From assembly GCA_009784665.1 (NCBI GenBank), contig WRBH01000001.1, positions 7,267 to 71,266 on the forward strand: a stretch of 64,000 nt of DNA, given 5' to 3'. Position numbers and translations under genes: made by a program. The stretch is from Bacillota bacterium (lineage in GTDB: Bacteria; Bacillota; Clostridia; Christensenellales; UBA1242). Below are positions 63,333-64,000 of the stretch, piece after piece. Every line of letters starts with the position of its first letter. Positions within the stretch are counted from its first letter, which is position 1. The notes under the pieces are model-generated. The model ran no database searches. It was not told the DNA's origin and saw nothing but the letters and a program-made list of their open reading frames with translations.

Positions 63333-63678
63333 GCATTAACTTTACCACAACTGCGGTCACCTTGTCTAACTCATTATTCATGTGCCAAAAACCGACAAGT
63401 GCTTCCAAAGCCGTTGCTTTGCGGTATTCACAGAGAGTCGCGTTTTTTGCCTTGGTATTGACCTTGGCATTAAATGCCCGTTGTGCAAGGTCTTTTTCTT
63501 CTTCGGTCAATTTAAGCGTGTCATATACTTGGGCTTGGGTCTTGGCATTTTCATAGGACGAAGCCCGCTTGTGCAGGACATTAATTTTGTTATCCGCGTC
63601 ATTAACAAGGAACGAGCGAATAAAAAATGTTATAACGGCATCACCAAGGAATGCCAAGGCCAGTGGGGATTTAATCAT
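63322..63678 (-). CDS. mrnC: Mini-ribonuclease 3
   Basis: ALAFLGDAV signature, 118 aa, in the conserved mrnC-rlmB order. Confidence 0.88.
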   Translation of the reverse strand: MIKSPLALAFLGDAVITFFIRSFLVNDADNKINVLHKRASSYENAKTQAQVYDTLKLTEEEKDLAQRAFNAKVNTKAKNATLCEYRKATALEALVGFWHMNNELDKVTAVVVKLMHDC

Positions 63679-63684
63679 AATATA

Positions 63685-63969
63685 TTAAAACCTTTCGCGG
63701 GCATAATCGTCAACTAGATCCCGAACAGATTCCTCCAATACTTGATTATTACTTTCCATAGTTAGTGGACATCTCCGGCAACGCTTTTTATCACCATGAA
63801 TCATGTACGAGCAAAAAGATTCTATGTGTTGGGTTACTATTTCCCAAACTTGGTCGCCGATGATTTCTTCACCTATATTCCGCTCTTCTAGCAAACTGCC
63901 TGCGAAGCCTTGTGCATGAACTTCAAGGTCAATTTGGTTTTCACAAGTGAACAAGTCGCCTTTTGGCAT
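63685..63969 (-). CDS. hypothetical protein (94 aa)
   Basis: AAAGGAGGCGAAT-ATG SD. Contains CxxQ...CRRCP cysteines. Confidence 0.5.
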   Translation of the reverse strand: MPKGDLFTCENQIDLEVHAQGFAGSLLEERNIGEEIIGDQVWEIVTQHIESFCSYMIHGDKKRCRRCPLTMESNNQVLEESVRDLVDDYARERF

Positions 63970-64000
63970 ATTCGCCTCCTTTTTATCACATCGAGGTTAT

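Noticed and set aside
1-64000. CRISPR arrays, tRNA/rRNA genes, IS elements, integrons, retron/DGR reverse transcriptases, and classical defence-system ATPases or nucleases
   Set aside because: The few intergenic gaps over 100 nt contain no spaced direct-repeat arrays or tRNA-like T-arm/acceptor pairs other than ssrA. The ORF translations show no transposase, integrase or RT motifs and no P-loop or nuclease motifs among the hypothetical proteins. Eye-scanning 64 kb is imperfect.

Overview
This 64 kb window reads as a contiguous, very gene-dense chromosomal segment. It looks like a low-GC, streamlined, anaerobic Firmicutes/Bacilli-like bacterium; that placement is my inference from gene content and local gene order such as mrnC-rlmB, degV, asnA, comF, hup and an LtaS-like protein, not from any search. 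Most genes are housekeeping. They include nifS/nifU, class III ribonucleotide reductase nrdD/nrdG with NrdR boxes, uppS-frr, mnmG, ssrA (tmRNA) and smpB, proC, four aminoacyl-tRNA synthetases (trpS, hisS, metG, serS), gyrB/gyrA, murB, murJ, rsmG, asnA and HU. About 25 ORFs have no family I can recognise. I saw no rRNA or tRNA genes, CRISPR arrays, transposases or integrases. The most interesting signals are regulatory and architectural rather than a classical gene island. (1) A leaderless 26-codon ORF with four consecutive His codons is followed by mutually exclusive hairpins and U-tracts upstream of the hisS operon, where a T-box would be expected; it looks like a ribosome-mediated attenuator. 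(2) About 20 genes have a near-consensus sigma-70-type promoter (TTGACA-17/18-TATAAT) ending 5-8 nt before the start codon, which implies widespread leaderless mRNAs. Some of these promoters are nested in terminator hairpins or overlap the stop codon of the upstream gene. (3) Three normally adjacent gene pairs (nifS|nifU, nrdD|nrdG, gyrB|gyrA) are each interrupted by ORFans; the two in the gyrase operon carry Shine-Dalgarno sites and look translationally coupled. (4) Other items are an orphan V-ATPase D subunit, a truncated IlvD/Edd-like pseudoenzyme divergent from a compact sigma factor, a degenerate LytM/M23 protein, a promoter/uORF/14-bp inverted repeat/terminator leader, and an intergenic stretch with ordered matches to the 3' end of 23S rRNA. 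All calls come from reading the sequence and the supplied ORF translations. No database search, covariance model or folding program was run.
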